From Diadema antillarum (lineage: Eukaryota): a stretch of 64,000 nt of DNA. The position numbers and the translations under genes were made by a program. The DNA lies in contig NW_027271449.1 of the NCBI RefSeq assembly GCF_040938485.1, forward strand, positions 1,612,001 to 1,676,000, given 5' to 3'. Below are positions 37,771 through 49,252 of this stretch, piece by piece; the stretch's first letter is position 1, and every line of letters begins with the position of its first letter. The notes under the pieces were generated by a model that saw only the letters and a list, made by a program, of their open reading frames with translations, made no database searches and was not told where the DNA came from.

Positions 37771-40640
37771 AGACAGATGTTCATGAATGATAAATAACAA
37801 TCTTACTGGTAAGCAACAGAAAATGGCGGATGCCTCTATTATCCCTGAAGAAATATCTTGAAGAAAATTGAAGGAATTTGGGGTTTCCACTTCATTGACT
37901 CTGTCTGTAGTTATGTGGTCAGTTTCCTCCCTTCCATTCATACAAAATGCCATCAATGGTGAAAAGCTTGTGAACATTTTGGAAGGGCTGGGAAAAGGTT
38001 CCTGTCATTGTACTTCTGCATAGTGGAAGTTGATTAGAATTAATCTCCCACAGCAAAGCCTATCAGGATTTCAGAGTCACAATGGAAAGCAAACACAGAA
38101 AACAAACCTTTCGAGGAAGGCACACAGAGCAGCTACAGTAGGTATTACCAGGGGGGCATATATGGGAGATCTCCTTTTATACCTGCATGGCATTAGTCAT
38201 TTCAAAGGTACACATCGTGAGGAGTCTGAAAGGGACTGGTTCCAGTGTAGAAGATTGAGACTGGAGGAATGGAGAAGAGGAAGGGGATTTGAAGTAGGGA
38301 TGGTCTCAAAAGTGTCGGACAGTTTGTCTATCTGTCACAAATTACTCTGATCCACTGGGAGGTGATCCCTGATTCCTCTGGACAATTTGTGGAACATATT
38401 GATAGCATGTTTGATCAATTCAAAGACTGAGGATTAAGTTGCTTCAAATGTGTCTGTTGGTCAGAGTGTCTATGAGTTTGCACAAATTAAATACAAGCAA
38501 CAGAGCAAATCATAAGTGACATTCTTTTATGTTACTTTTTTGAGACATTTATTTTTTATTATCTGACCTATCTTCTGAACAACCTTTTCTGTATTTTATA
38601 ATAAGAATGAATGGCATTACACTTAATCTATGTAATAAACTGCATACACACAAACATACAATTTAATGGATATAACACAGCATTTCAAGTCCTTTTGAGA
38701 AGAATTTTTTTTTATGTTTCTCAAAGACATGTACCACACATCAGGAGTCTACTTGCAAGAGGTCAAAATATGCAAGCCAGGAAATCTCTAACTTTGTTCA
38801 CTCATACCCAAGACACACAAGACCTATTTGTATATTTCTCCTCCCCCCTTCAGCATTTGCTCAGTTTCTATGCATTTAGCACTTAAAAGACTTTGCAACA
38901 GTTCTCACTCACACATGGCATACAATTGAAATAACAACCTCCATAGAGAGGAAATTTATGAATGGATCACATTTTGGGTAAACTTTCTTGATATGTTATG
39001 CTATTTGCAACTTACCTGGGCTGCATTCATCTTTGATTTGCAGTCCTCACAAATGAATCTGATAAAAGTTTACGCAACAAAAACACTGTCTGCAGTCACC
39101 TCAAGGATGAAATGCACGTAGATTGTTCTGTCCTCTGGTAGCTAGGGGCAGTGGATGTCCCAGTCAATAAAACTTGTTTAATGATCAATCTTCAGAAACT
39201 ATTTTAATTCTTCAGAAGAAACACACACACAAAGCTGCAATGCTTGTGGAACAGAAACCAAAGGGCAAATGACGAGAGAGCTATACCAATGCACAATGAT
39301 AAAATCATGTACAGCCCAGGAAACACTTAAGATATGACATGCTCGACTGTACTCCCTTGGTATCCATTAACAGGGGCACACTGTACCATGTGTGACATCA
39401 GCTTGTACTCCAAGCCGGCTAAAGTGTGCACTGCTCGATAAACACAGGATATAGCTCAATTGATTGTCACATCAATGGTGCGGGTAGACTTCTATTCAGG
39501 ACCAACTTTCACATGGTTGCACGACTCTGAGCTGTATACACTCATATATACAGGGATATGCAAGCATTATATCGAATAAAAAAAATGAAAATTACTGAGT
39601 TTCTCATAGGACACAGTACAAAAATGCATAAAGCAGGCACTGTCCAATGATAAGGTGTGGATATGTCACCACCTGCAAAAACAAACCAATGTGGAAATTC
39701 TGTTTACATTTGAGTGGACTTTAGTTTGTGGACGCAAATCACCTCATTCAACTTGCAGTGTGTGGAACGGTATTGGACTTGAATGAGACTAGTCAAAGCT
39801 TCACATCCCAACTCATGTTGGGTTTAAATGGATACCAAGTAAATATTCATCTCAAAATGTCTTGCAAAAGAGATGAGTTTTCTAGCATTCTGCGATAGTA
39901 GCTGAGCAAGGCTGGTCTACAATGCAAGTTATATTTTGTTTACCAGTATACATAGTCTGTAGCTGAAGACTACAAAGATGAGCTTTTTATGCTGGTACCA
40001 GCATAGTAATAGAATATGAGAGCAGTGCAAGTGGCCTTGGACATTGTCAACTCAATTAAGTATTTAAGTACAAAAAAGCACTCAATGAGTGGCCATCCAA
40101 CACCTGGAAGAAAGGCTATATTTCCCAACTTCCTTGGAGTTAACAAGGCACTTCCTTTTTTTGTTAAAAGTAATTAAGAGAGAGAAGAGTTTTACTTGCT
40201 TCTAAATACACTAAAAATATACTTTCTTGATGAAGTTGATGTTGCTTGAAACTTTAGTCTTGGAAGTGGTCCAGGTCCAAATCTATGCTTTTTTGTCCAC
40301 ATTCAGCTGCCCACATAATGAAATGGAAAATTGTCTTGGAACAATAATTTGGATCCAGGAAATGTAGAGAGATAATCTTCTAAGTGGAACACTGTGATAC
40401 AGTGTAGTTTGGACAATTCCTTCAAAAGTTGAGAATTCTTCCGACACACTGTCCTCTCCAAGATGAAATCTCTAAACAATGTCTTTCTTTTTTCATAATG
40501 AAAGGAACACATTAGCTTGACTTGTTACCGAGATATGTTACTCAAAATATTTTCAATGTTTCATGGGGAGCCGACTGTCCAGAGTACTCTTATGTCTTGG
40601 TTTTCAATGAGTTTTCATAACACTTTACCGCGTTTATATC

Positions 40641-40888
40641 CTGTATATGCCAAATATTTCACAATAAGGTTTTTATTTTTGCGAATTTCGCGAGTCAGGT
40701 ATTATTTGTGAAATTAAAAACACACAAAAATATTGACTCTGATCCCAACATAAATGTGACATGCACATCTGTATATTTCTCCGTTCTGTACTGTACTCCA
40801 CAATCGCGAATCTAACCACTCGTGAAATCGTACGGAATTCCCGATTCGTGAAAATTAAGACTCGCTAAATATATGGCGTATATATAGT
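40641..40888. mobile_element. TA-type MITE
   Basis: CTGTATATGCCAAATATTT ... AAATATATGGCGTATATA; internal CGCGAA motifs like the 21078 family. Confidence 0.5.
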
Positions 40889-42569
40889 ATAGTAATTGTG
40901 AGGTGGAAGAAAGAACTTCCACCTCCCTGGACCTTGCCAACAGACCAGTTTACTAACATGTATTCAAATTTACATACATGTATTCTACTAACCTATAGGC
41001 TTACATTGTACCTCAGAAACAATTTTTAATACTTGAAATTTAGTTTGGATGTGTATATAGTTGAACACACTAGTCGAACAAACCTCAGGCAAACTTTCAG
41101 GTTGTCAAGAAGAACAATAAACCTGTTCTGTTATGTATTCAGAGTTTTGAATATGCATGCCTTGTTTACAAAAGATGCCCGTAATGACCTCAAAGCTTGC
41201 TGAAGGCTTGCCCTACCTAGCAACAACTAAGTGAATTCCTGCCTATTCTACAGGGAGCAGGTGAATGGAATAATTTGTTACTAGGCTGTAGGAAAAGAAA
41301 CATCCATAAATAGTAATAAATTACAGGAACGGTCTATTGTCAGAAAGGCATGCCTAAAACATTCTTTTGTTGACAAATTTCCAGCTAAAGAGGGCAGCAC
41401 ATGGAATTGTGTAAATTTTGTTTCCATGGGTTGGGTGCGGTGGGGACTTAATACATATTTGATACCTAGCCATTGCTACTAAAGGGAGCAGAACAGGTGA
41501 GTGCCCTGAATGGTGTTAGTTCTCACTTGTAAAGCAGGTTAAGTTGCCTTTTGGGGAATAGGGTGCAATCAAACCTGTTCTAGTGGCCACATTTTTTTTT
41601 TGTGGTCACTCTCTTTCAATAAACATGGTACAACAGCCCTATGGAGAGAATAGTGTTTCAAGATCAAATTGTATAAATTTCAAACCCTGATGCCTGATGA
41701 AGGTCTTTTTTCTTTAATAGGGTAAGCTATCTAGACTTACTAGTCATCACTCCAGTGTGTCTAATAATGTACATACCGTATTTTGTCTTCCTTGGGCCAA
41801 TATTTTAAGGAACAGTGTGACAGTTAAATGGCTTAACGGTGAGAAGAACGTCAGAGATAAAAATTTTTGGAAAAACATTTTAAGATGGTCACTGGTCTGC
41901 AGTGGTCATTTTCAGTAAATGTGGCTGACAACCAGACTTTGGCTTCTTTGGTCAGTATATCAATGCACAGAGTGACCACGAATTCTTGGAAGAGTCTTAT
42001 TTGCCAGTAAGGTGAGTTAGTGTTCTTTCAGCCTGCATAGCTGACTTTCACTGCCCAGTCTTTTTCAAGGCCAGAAATTATGTATATAATGTTAAAAATA
42101 AATAATGGAAACAAAAACCGATATTGTTCTTTTTTTATTTGCACTTTAGAAATGTGGCAAAAAGATGGTTTGCATGTCAAACAATGCATGAGACATGCAC
42201 TCAAGTGCTATGCTGAGTGGATGATTGATAATACACTTGTACACAATGTAAAAAACACATCTTGGAAACCAACATGATCACATGGCCTGCCAGTCAGCTT
42301 TATTGGGGTTTTCAGCTTATTTCCAGAATGGGTGACCTTCAAAACCATTAGTTTGCATACTTTGGCAAGCAATTTATGATTCTTTTTCTAGTATTTGCCA
42401 AAAGTAAAATATTTTTGCGGCCTGAGCAGTCTCAGGCCATTGGATAGGACCAGAGAATCCAATCCTATGCATCTTGAGCGGAAGAAATTAACACTTTATC
42501 TGTGAAGCAGCATGCAAAAAACTACAGGCCATAAGATTGTTTTTGTTTTGATCTTCATTGATCTAGATG

Positions 42570-42934
42570 TTAAAGGTCCAGTTTACCTTTGGGAGCAGTG
42601 ATTTCAAAAATGTTCAAGATATCACATTTGATGCATATGTGTAGGTCTGTTGTATCACGAAACATCCTACCATATAAAATTTTTGCAATAAAACCTAAAA
42701 TGTAAGGAGATATCAGGGTTTTTCTCAAAACCGTAACTGTAGACGGTTTAGTCTGGAAACATTTTTATTATAACTATTGTTCACATTTTGTGTATTTAAC
42801 AACACTTAACATCGATTATACGGATTCAAATTTTTACAGTGGTTGTTTCTATTCGTAACTCACATTTTAGAACTATTTCAAAGCACTAATGCTGGGTTTT
42901 TGTTTCATCTGCAAATGTTGAATTATGTCTTTAA
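42570..42934. mobile_element. Kolobok-type MITE family C
   Basis: TTAA|AGGT ... GTCT|TTAA. Confidence 0.6.
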
Positions 42935-43104
42935 GACTGTATAAAGTTTGCTTCCTTTGACATTTTATACAAACACATGATACAAACTTTGAATCTCTTC
43001 TTACCAGAGCTTGTTCATGGTATAGTTTAAAGTTTCAGTGTTTTGTATCAGAAATCAAAAACCTGTATACATATCATTAACTAACGTTCAGAATGTTCAA
43101 TGCT

Positions 43105-43169
43105 CAAAAAACAAAACAAAAACAAAAACAAAAACAAAAACAAAAACAAAAACAAAAACAAAAACAAAA
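43105..43169. repeat. (AAAAAC)n hexamer microsatellite
   Basis: Direct reading. Confidence 0.95.
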
Positions 43170-45778
43170 TGGAAAATCATCACCATTTTAACCAGACCTT
43201 TAACCCTGTTGCCCAAAACTTTCTCTGTAGACTACAAGTATCTTTCCTTACACATTACACAATCATAAATTTATACAATATTTTATTTCACTAAATAAAT
43301 ATATCAAATCCCTTCCAAAACATACAAAAATATGTTTAAAAAAATTACAACGTCAACACCAAACAAACATACAACCCAACCTTCAGCTCTATAACCCACG
43401 CTTTCAAAAACACACTTAAACAAACACACATGTTGTCGCACAGTAAGATACATTTAACAAATTTTCTAAGAATACTGAGCCACTTGGTCATTGAAATACA
43501 TTGCATTACAGTGCTCTGTAAAAAAAAAAAAAAAAAAAAAATGAAACTCTAACATTTCACCTGACTCTTGATTTCTGCCCCATGATCCCATATTTATAGA
43601 AAATATAGCCATAGGGCGTTTGTCTACTTTCGTTTCATATGTCCAGAGGCCCCAAGCCCTGGCCCCAGCCATCCCAAGCTGTGGCTCAGGCATGGGTGAG
43701 GATGGACCCGGATAGGGCCCTCCTTGAAATGACTACGGCTCCAGCCTTAGGTTGGGGCAGGGGCCTACTAAGGCAATGTCCCTGCACCTTAGCCTCTGCC
43801 TAGATATGACTCACATTTTCCACCCAGATATTTCAAACAAGATGTGGAGCCAACCAAACCCTGGCAGGGGCCCGGACCAGATGGTCCCCTTAGTTGACAG
43901 GGCTGCCAACACTGGAAACTAGTTGAGAGTGAGACTCCCATAGGCCAATGCTATAATTTAGGAGTCAAAATGTGTGAGATCAATAGAAATGCATGCAAAT
44001 GAAATGCATTTCTAGAGTTTTAGAGTGAGAAAGGACCAAAATGCGTGAGAGTTGGCAGCCCTGAGGGGAGTCCTCAATAATTGCGACCCAGAGACATGTC
44101 TGGACCCGAACTTTGTGTACTGAGTAGTCGCGACTCAGGACGTGGGCAATGTCTGGAAGCTTGCCCTGGGTATTCACCCAAAATAAGCCTCCAGTTATAT
44201 AGATGGGCATTGGCAGGCTCTGCTCTACCACCTCAACCACCCCCAGATGATGGGGCTCAGTGAGGTCAGTCTCAACTTCACTGTGCCTCCCAGCAGTGGC
44301 CAGACCAAGAGAACCTATTCAGGGCTCTCCTGGAACTGGGCACCAGGGGAAGGATTTCAATCCTTCATCTCAGATGTGTTGGAGATCAGACTGGGGTCCA
44401 TGCCATCAGCCACCCCCTTCTCAAGTGGCACTGCCCTGGAGACCAGCTAGTCTACCACTCCTTCAGTGGAGATGGTCTCCAGGTTAGAGCCTGGACAGCC
44501 CTATTCCCCTATTGCTGTTTTGGGGTGTCGGTGCTAGTCCAATCCCTGCCAGATCCCAGAGACCAGCAGTGAGGGAGATCCCCCTAGATCGCCTGATCTC
44601 GGAGACGGAAGCAGCCCACCTCGCCCCTCACCCAAGGCATGCATTATAACATGCCATGCTTCCTGGGTGATGTTGGCAGGTTGGTGGCCAACATCCGGGG
44701 TCTCCTTCTGGCCCGACTGATGGCAGTTACGACTGCCAATACCCAAGGCTATACAGGTACTAATAACCCCTGCATTCCATAATTCATATAGGGAAAACCA
44801 CCTTTGTGTATAGTAGGCATACTGTACAGACGGATATATGTATGTTTAATGAATGGGAAAGTCAACCTAAGAAAATGATTATGAGAGTTTTTCTTTTTGT
44901 ATTTTAAGGTATTGAAGGGTTATGTTTTTGTTAATACTTTTCTGTAAGGTGGATATTTCTGCGGTTACTTGCAATAGTCTGTTGGAGGCTAAGGCTGACA
45001 TTTCTATATATTCTGAAATCTCCCAAGGGTCTCTGGGTTGAGGGCTTCTTTGGGCTCAGCTGAAAACCCCTTCACGTATTTCAGAGGACTAGGTCTATTC
45101 TAGACCGAGAAGTCTGCTTGACGAACTGAGCCGGACTGTAAAGATAATACCCAAGTGGAAGGCCACTTCACAGTCAGCCCTACGGATGCCCTAGAGCTCC
45201 CCCCTCCCCCAATGACTAAGGGCATATATGGATATATGGAGAACGTTAGCCTTTATTATTCATGTTGAATTTTGAATTTTGTCAAAGTTAGGTATTATAA
45301 GTGGAAGTCACTTATCTTATGTCAGAAATATTTGGGTTTTGCCCTGGGTGCCCATAAAGTAACATGTCGGGTTCAGGCAAATCTAGTTCAAGACTACATT
45401 ACATATCTCGGCAACAGGTAAATTTTGAAGTCCTGAGTTATTATGCTGCACGTTCGACTCATGTCAGGGCATGCTAAGTTTGTATATTGTTCAAATGCAT
45501 AAACCCATCTAAATGATGAGATGATGGATAAGGCATCAAATGTCACAGTGCCAGTTTGATCGTATGCAGCTGGCACTAGGCAGTGACTAAATAACAAGCA
45601 TTGTCATTTTGGATTTCTGAGTGAAATGCAATTTTTTTTTTTGTAATTTTGTGTGGTACAGGCATGTATTGAATAATAGTAATTTCACTAATGCCAAGTA
45701 ATTACCAATTGCAATTTATAGTATTATAGCGAGTAGAAAATACTCTAGAAAACACAATACACATACATAATACACTAA

Positions 45779-45932
45779 CGTTAGACAGAAAGATCCGTCT
45801 GTCCGGAGGAGACTTTTATTTTTTTGACATTAACGCTCTCTCGGGGATCTGTAAAGTCAGACACAGTCTTCGCAGAACATATCCCCGACGACTAGATACA
45901 TGTACAGACCAAGACCGATCTTTCGGTCAACA
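45779..45932 (+). repeat. Dispersed repeat with an inverted relative at 50592-50780 and a fragment at about 59350-59390
   Basis: Shared AGACAGAAA(G/A)ATC(C/T)GTCTGTCC and GACCGATCTTTCGGTCAA blocks. Confidence 0.6.
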
Positions 45933-46512
45933 CACACACATACACACATACACACTAGTCACTACTCAATTCAAACAAACTGTATAAGAGTTCTAATGAG
46001 ATAATGACATCTTCACCAAAGAGGAGAGAAGTAAATAAAATTGTACATGTGAATTGACGTTCTAACTAAATTTATATAGATCTACTGTGTACAGTGTGAG
46101 TAAAAACCACCAGACTATTAACACTAACAGTAACACTACACTCTACTTGGACTGGAGTTGGACGAGCCGGATAGCCCGACCACCACAGGCACCAGAGGCA
46201 GAGCTCCAGTCATAAAGACGCTGAAGATGCTAGATGCGACTTCTGAATTCTGTACAATACAGCGACATGACACAGCACAGGCAGCGGCATAACCCCGTCG
46301 CGGGGCGCTGTAACACAGTAACAGTACGGTACGTATTTGTCCGTATGGGGTCGCTGCTGCGGTTAGCAGCGGCAGAGCAGGAGGGCCAGGGCCGGGCGGG
46401 CGCTAACACTGCACTGCCGTCACTGGATCTGGAGAGGACTAGCACGAGTCTATTATTAATCTACGACCACAAGACACGACAAGTTATGGTAACAAATGTC
46501 ATACTAACTTAC

Positions 46513-46620
46513 TTTTGTTGGTGATTTGAATTACATGCGTACTCAGAAATCAAGCTCAGCCTCAGCTACATAGCGCACAGCAACACAAGACGACCTGCCT
46601 GGTTTGTGTTATTACAGCTC
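46513..46620 (-). other. SLC35A3: Probable non-coding first exon of SLC35A3 (5' boundary approximate)
   Basis: Strong minus-strand donor AA|gtaagt at 46512 in a CpG-rich island. The first coding exon starts at an acceptor directly before the ATG, so an upstream exon is required. Confidence 0.55.
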
Positions 46621-46727
46621 GCGGTATACATACAAATATACAGGAATTATACATACAGGAATTCCCGTATGTGGGTACGTGGATTGTAGTTACTAGTACA
46701 GTTACGTGGCCTTGTTTAGCTTTGTTT
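46620..46727. promoter_or_regulatory. Left part of a putative bidirectional SLC35A3/ATPAF1 promoter
   Basis: Lies between divergent first exons. Carries an ACTACAA (ZNF143/THAP11-type) motif on the minus strand at 46684-46690. A YY1-like GCGCCATCT lies at 49021-49029 on the other side of the insertion. Confidence 0.5.
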
Positions 46728-46754
46728 CAGTGCCGTATTTAATATACGGCACTG
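46728..46754. mobile_element. 27-bp fused-termini remnant of the adjacent hAT-like element
   Basis: CAGTGCCGTAT (first 11 nt of the left TIR) joined to TTAATATACGGCACTG (last 16 nt of the right TIR), flanked by CTTTGTTT on both sides (46720-46727 and 46755-46762). Confidence 0.85.
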
Positions 46755-46762
46755 CTTTGTTT

Positions 46763-49003
46763 CAGTGCCGTATATTAAGAGAGTCTGGCCAACTCATAAA
46801 TTGAACGCCATGTCGTTACCCAGCGTACAGTGCGCTTATGGTTTTAGCGTGTGCGCTTTGGGGTTAGCGCAGGCGTCCCAAAGGCGCAAGGCACTGTGTT
46901 GCTTGACTTTTTTTTTATAGAGAGAGAGAGAGAGAAAGGGTGTAGGCTGGGGGAGGGACATTCATTCATTCCATCCATGTTGAACAAAGCCAACAATCAA
47001 TCATTTTTACACATTCAAATAGACACAAGCACACAGGTGTATAAACAATAGGGAAGCTGTTTAAAGGACATAATTCCTGAATATAGACAAATATGATAAA
47101 TTATTGCTGTATAAATAAAAGAAGAATTCACAGTATGTCGTGTCGTAAACTTTCACTAGACTGTAGGCCCCTATGCTATATTGCATATTTAGAAAGTTGT
47201 CCAGGGAACAAGAATATTGTATAACAAAATGATGCAATATATATATTTACAATTCTAGCGGTGCGCAGACGATAGACGAATTTCACAGTTTTACTGTTTC
47301 GCACATAAATAACCATCAATTACCATCCTATTTAGTACCATAAACTGACATGAAGGCCTACTAGTATAAGTAGGCCCTAATTCAAGAGGAATACACCTAT
47401 GTACAATGTGTGAAACGTCATCGGCAAGTGCATAATAAATGGTATGTGAAATGATCACAAATTGTTTAAAAATAATTTCAAAAAAAGACCTTTAATTGAA
47501 CAATTGAACAAACACAAGTACCTGGATAATACAATAATCATGAGGGATATAATATCCTCGGTGACATCCGTACCAAATATAAACTATGATCAGGACCATT
47601 GAATGGATATGAAATGAGTTTAAAAAAATAAAAATGTCCAAATGGCGACCTGTATACCTCCGCCATATTACATTGTTCTTAGCAGATGTAGAGTACGCCT
47701 TGACAATGTTACACGACAGTTTCACATATTATCGGCAGAAAAATTTGTCACAAAATTTAATGCGTCGAGTGTTTACTTTCCTTGAACTAGGTGTAAATTG
47801 ATGAGTTTTATTTAAAAGAGAAGTATTAAGGAATTTGAACATTTTTTACTCGTAAGTTGACCAATCTATTTTCATGGCAATACTTTAAGCGGTTATTTTA
47901 CAAATCTGCGGAAATTACTGTCATTTTAGTATTTTTACTTGACCTTTGACCATCTTGGCCAAAATCTTTCCCTATGTCATGCATCATTGTATAGTATAAT
48001 GGTGGCATGCAAATACCGCGTTTGGTTTTAAGTTTGTGCATTGGGTATAATCTCCAAGGTATGGATGAACTGGGTAATAATATTTCAACAATAGATAGTA
48101 GAATTTTAACATTTTAACATTTTACCTGACATCGATCCTTGACCTTTGCCACCTCCCATCATAACCCCCAACCCCAACCCCCCCCCCCCAAAAAAAAAAA
48201 AAAAAAATCACAAGAGAATCACGGTCGGGCAATAAGTTTCGTCTGGAAATACATGTACTCACCTTCAGAAATTGTATACAGATATGGGGGAAATGGCTGT
48301 ATTTTAAGATTTTAACCAGTATGATTTTGACCGTTCACTTTGAGCATGTTTACACACTATGCTAAAAAAAAACTTCGTCCACTCCCACATGCACACAATC
48401 ATGTAAAGTTTCATGGCCAACGGTTTCAACAAAATTGATCACGAATGAAGGACAGACAAATGCCTCAGGCGACACTTCGTACGTTATAGCGGTGACAAAC
48501 AATCTTAATGTGAATCAAAACTTGGATAGTCTGAAAGACACCGCGAGGAATCCAAAGAAAAAAAAATCATATAGTTTCCCGTCACATCACTCTAATTTCC
48601 CACTTCTTTCATTCGTTGTGGATCTGTCGGAAAGCGGTGCATCATTACACTTGAGCCAGGTCGGTTAGCGTAACGCCATGCTGCGCAGGAAAGGCATGAC
48701 GAATTTTCAGTTTATCGCAGTAAGATATCAAAATATCTTTCGCATACTTCAATGACATAGACAACGGCAAGGACACTGCACCGCGACTGATATTGGGGAT
48801 TTCCCAAAGGCAAGCAATATTAACGCGTAGCTGCGCATGTTCAACAATGGGCACTGCGTATGAACTCTCCTCACGCCCGCGTGATTGACTTTGGTAACGA
48901 CATGGCGCCTGTAGATCACGGGACCAGCTTTTGACCAATCACAGGCTTCAAAACACATAAGCCGAAAACCGAGTTGGCCAGACTCTCTTAATATACGGCA
49001 CTG
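46763..49003. mobile_element. Non-autonomous hAT-like DNA transposon, 2241 bp
   Basis: Perfect 33-bp TIRs (CAGTGCCGTATATTAAGAGAGTCTGGCCAACTC at 46763-46795; reverse complement at 48971-49003). 8-bp TSD CTTTGTTT at 46755-46762 and 49004-49011. No transposase ORF. Confidence 0.9.
47510..48510 (+). mobile_element. Helentron/HINE-like non-autonomous element nested in the hAT-like element (boundaries approximate)
   Basis: TGACCTTTGACC-type motifs, a GACAGACA remnant and a terminal stem-loop-like end near 48460-48500; same architecture as the other HINE-like elements here. Confidence 0.45.
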
Positions 49004-49046
49004 CTTTGTTTATAGTAAGCGCGCCATCTACGATCTCTTTTCGTCA

Positions 49047-49252
49047 ATGACCTCGAAAACGAAAATGGCTTTTGCCCGTGCTAACGTCGGCTGCAGACAA
49101 TTATGTTCACGATTTCGGCATCAGGGGTTTTCCGAATTATGGCGGACTCTGACATTGTCTTCCATGGTATCTGGGGCACAGGATGACGAATCTTCCATAG
49201 AGAAGAACGCTTTTTACGCTAAGTATGCAGACAAGATAAAGAAGCTTCAGAG
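49047..49252 (+). CDS. ATPAF1: ATPAF1 exon 1
   Basis: ATG at 49047; donor AG|gtgagc. Confidence 0.9.

Noticed and set aside
46230-46524. ORFs in the CpG island as a coding first exon of SLC35A3
   Set aside because: No suitable donor at their ends and no SLC35 similarity; the protein is already full length from the ATG at 33742.
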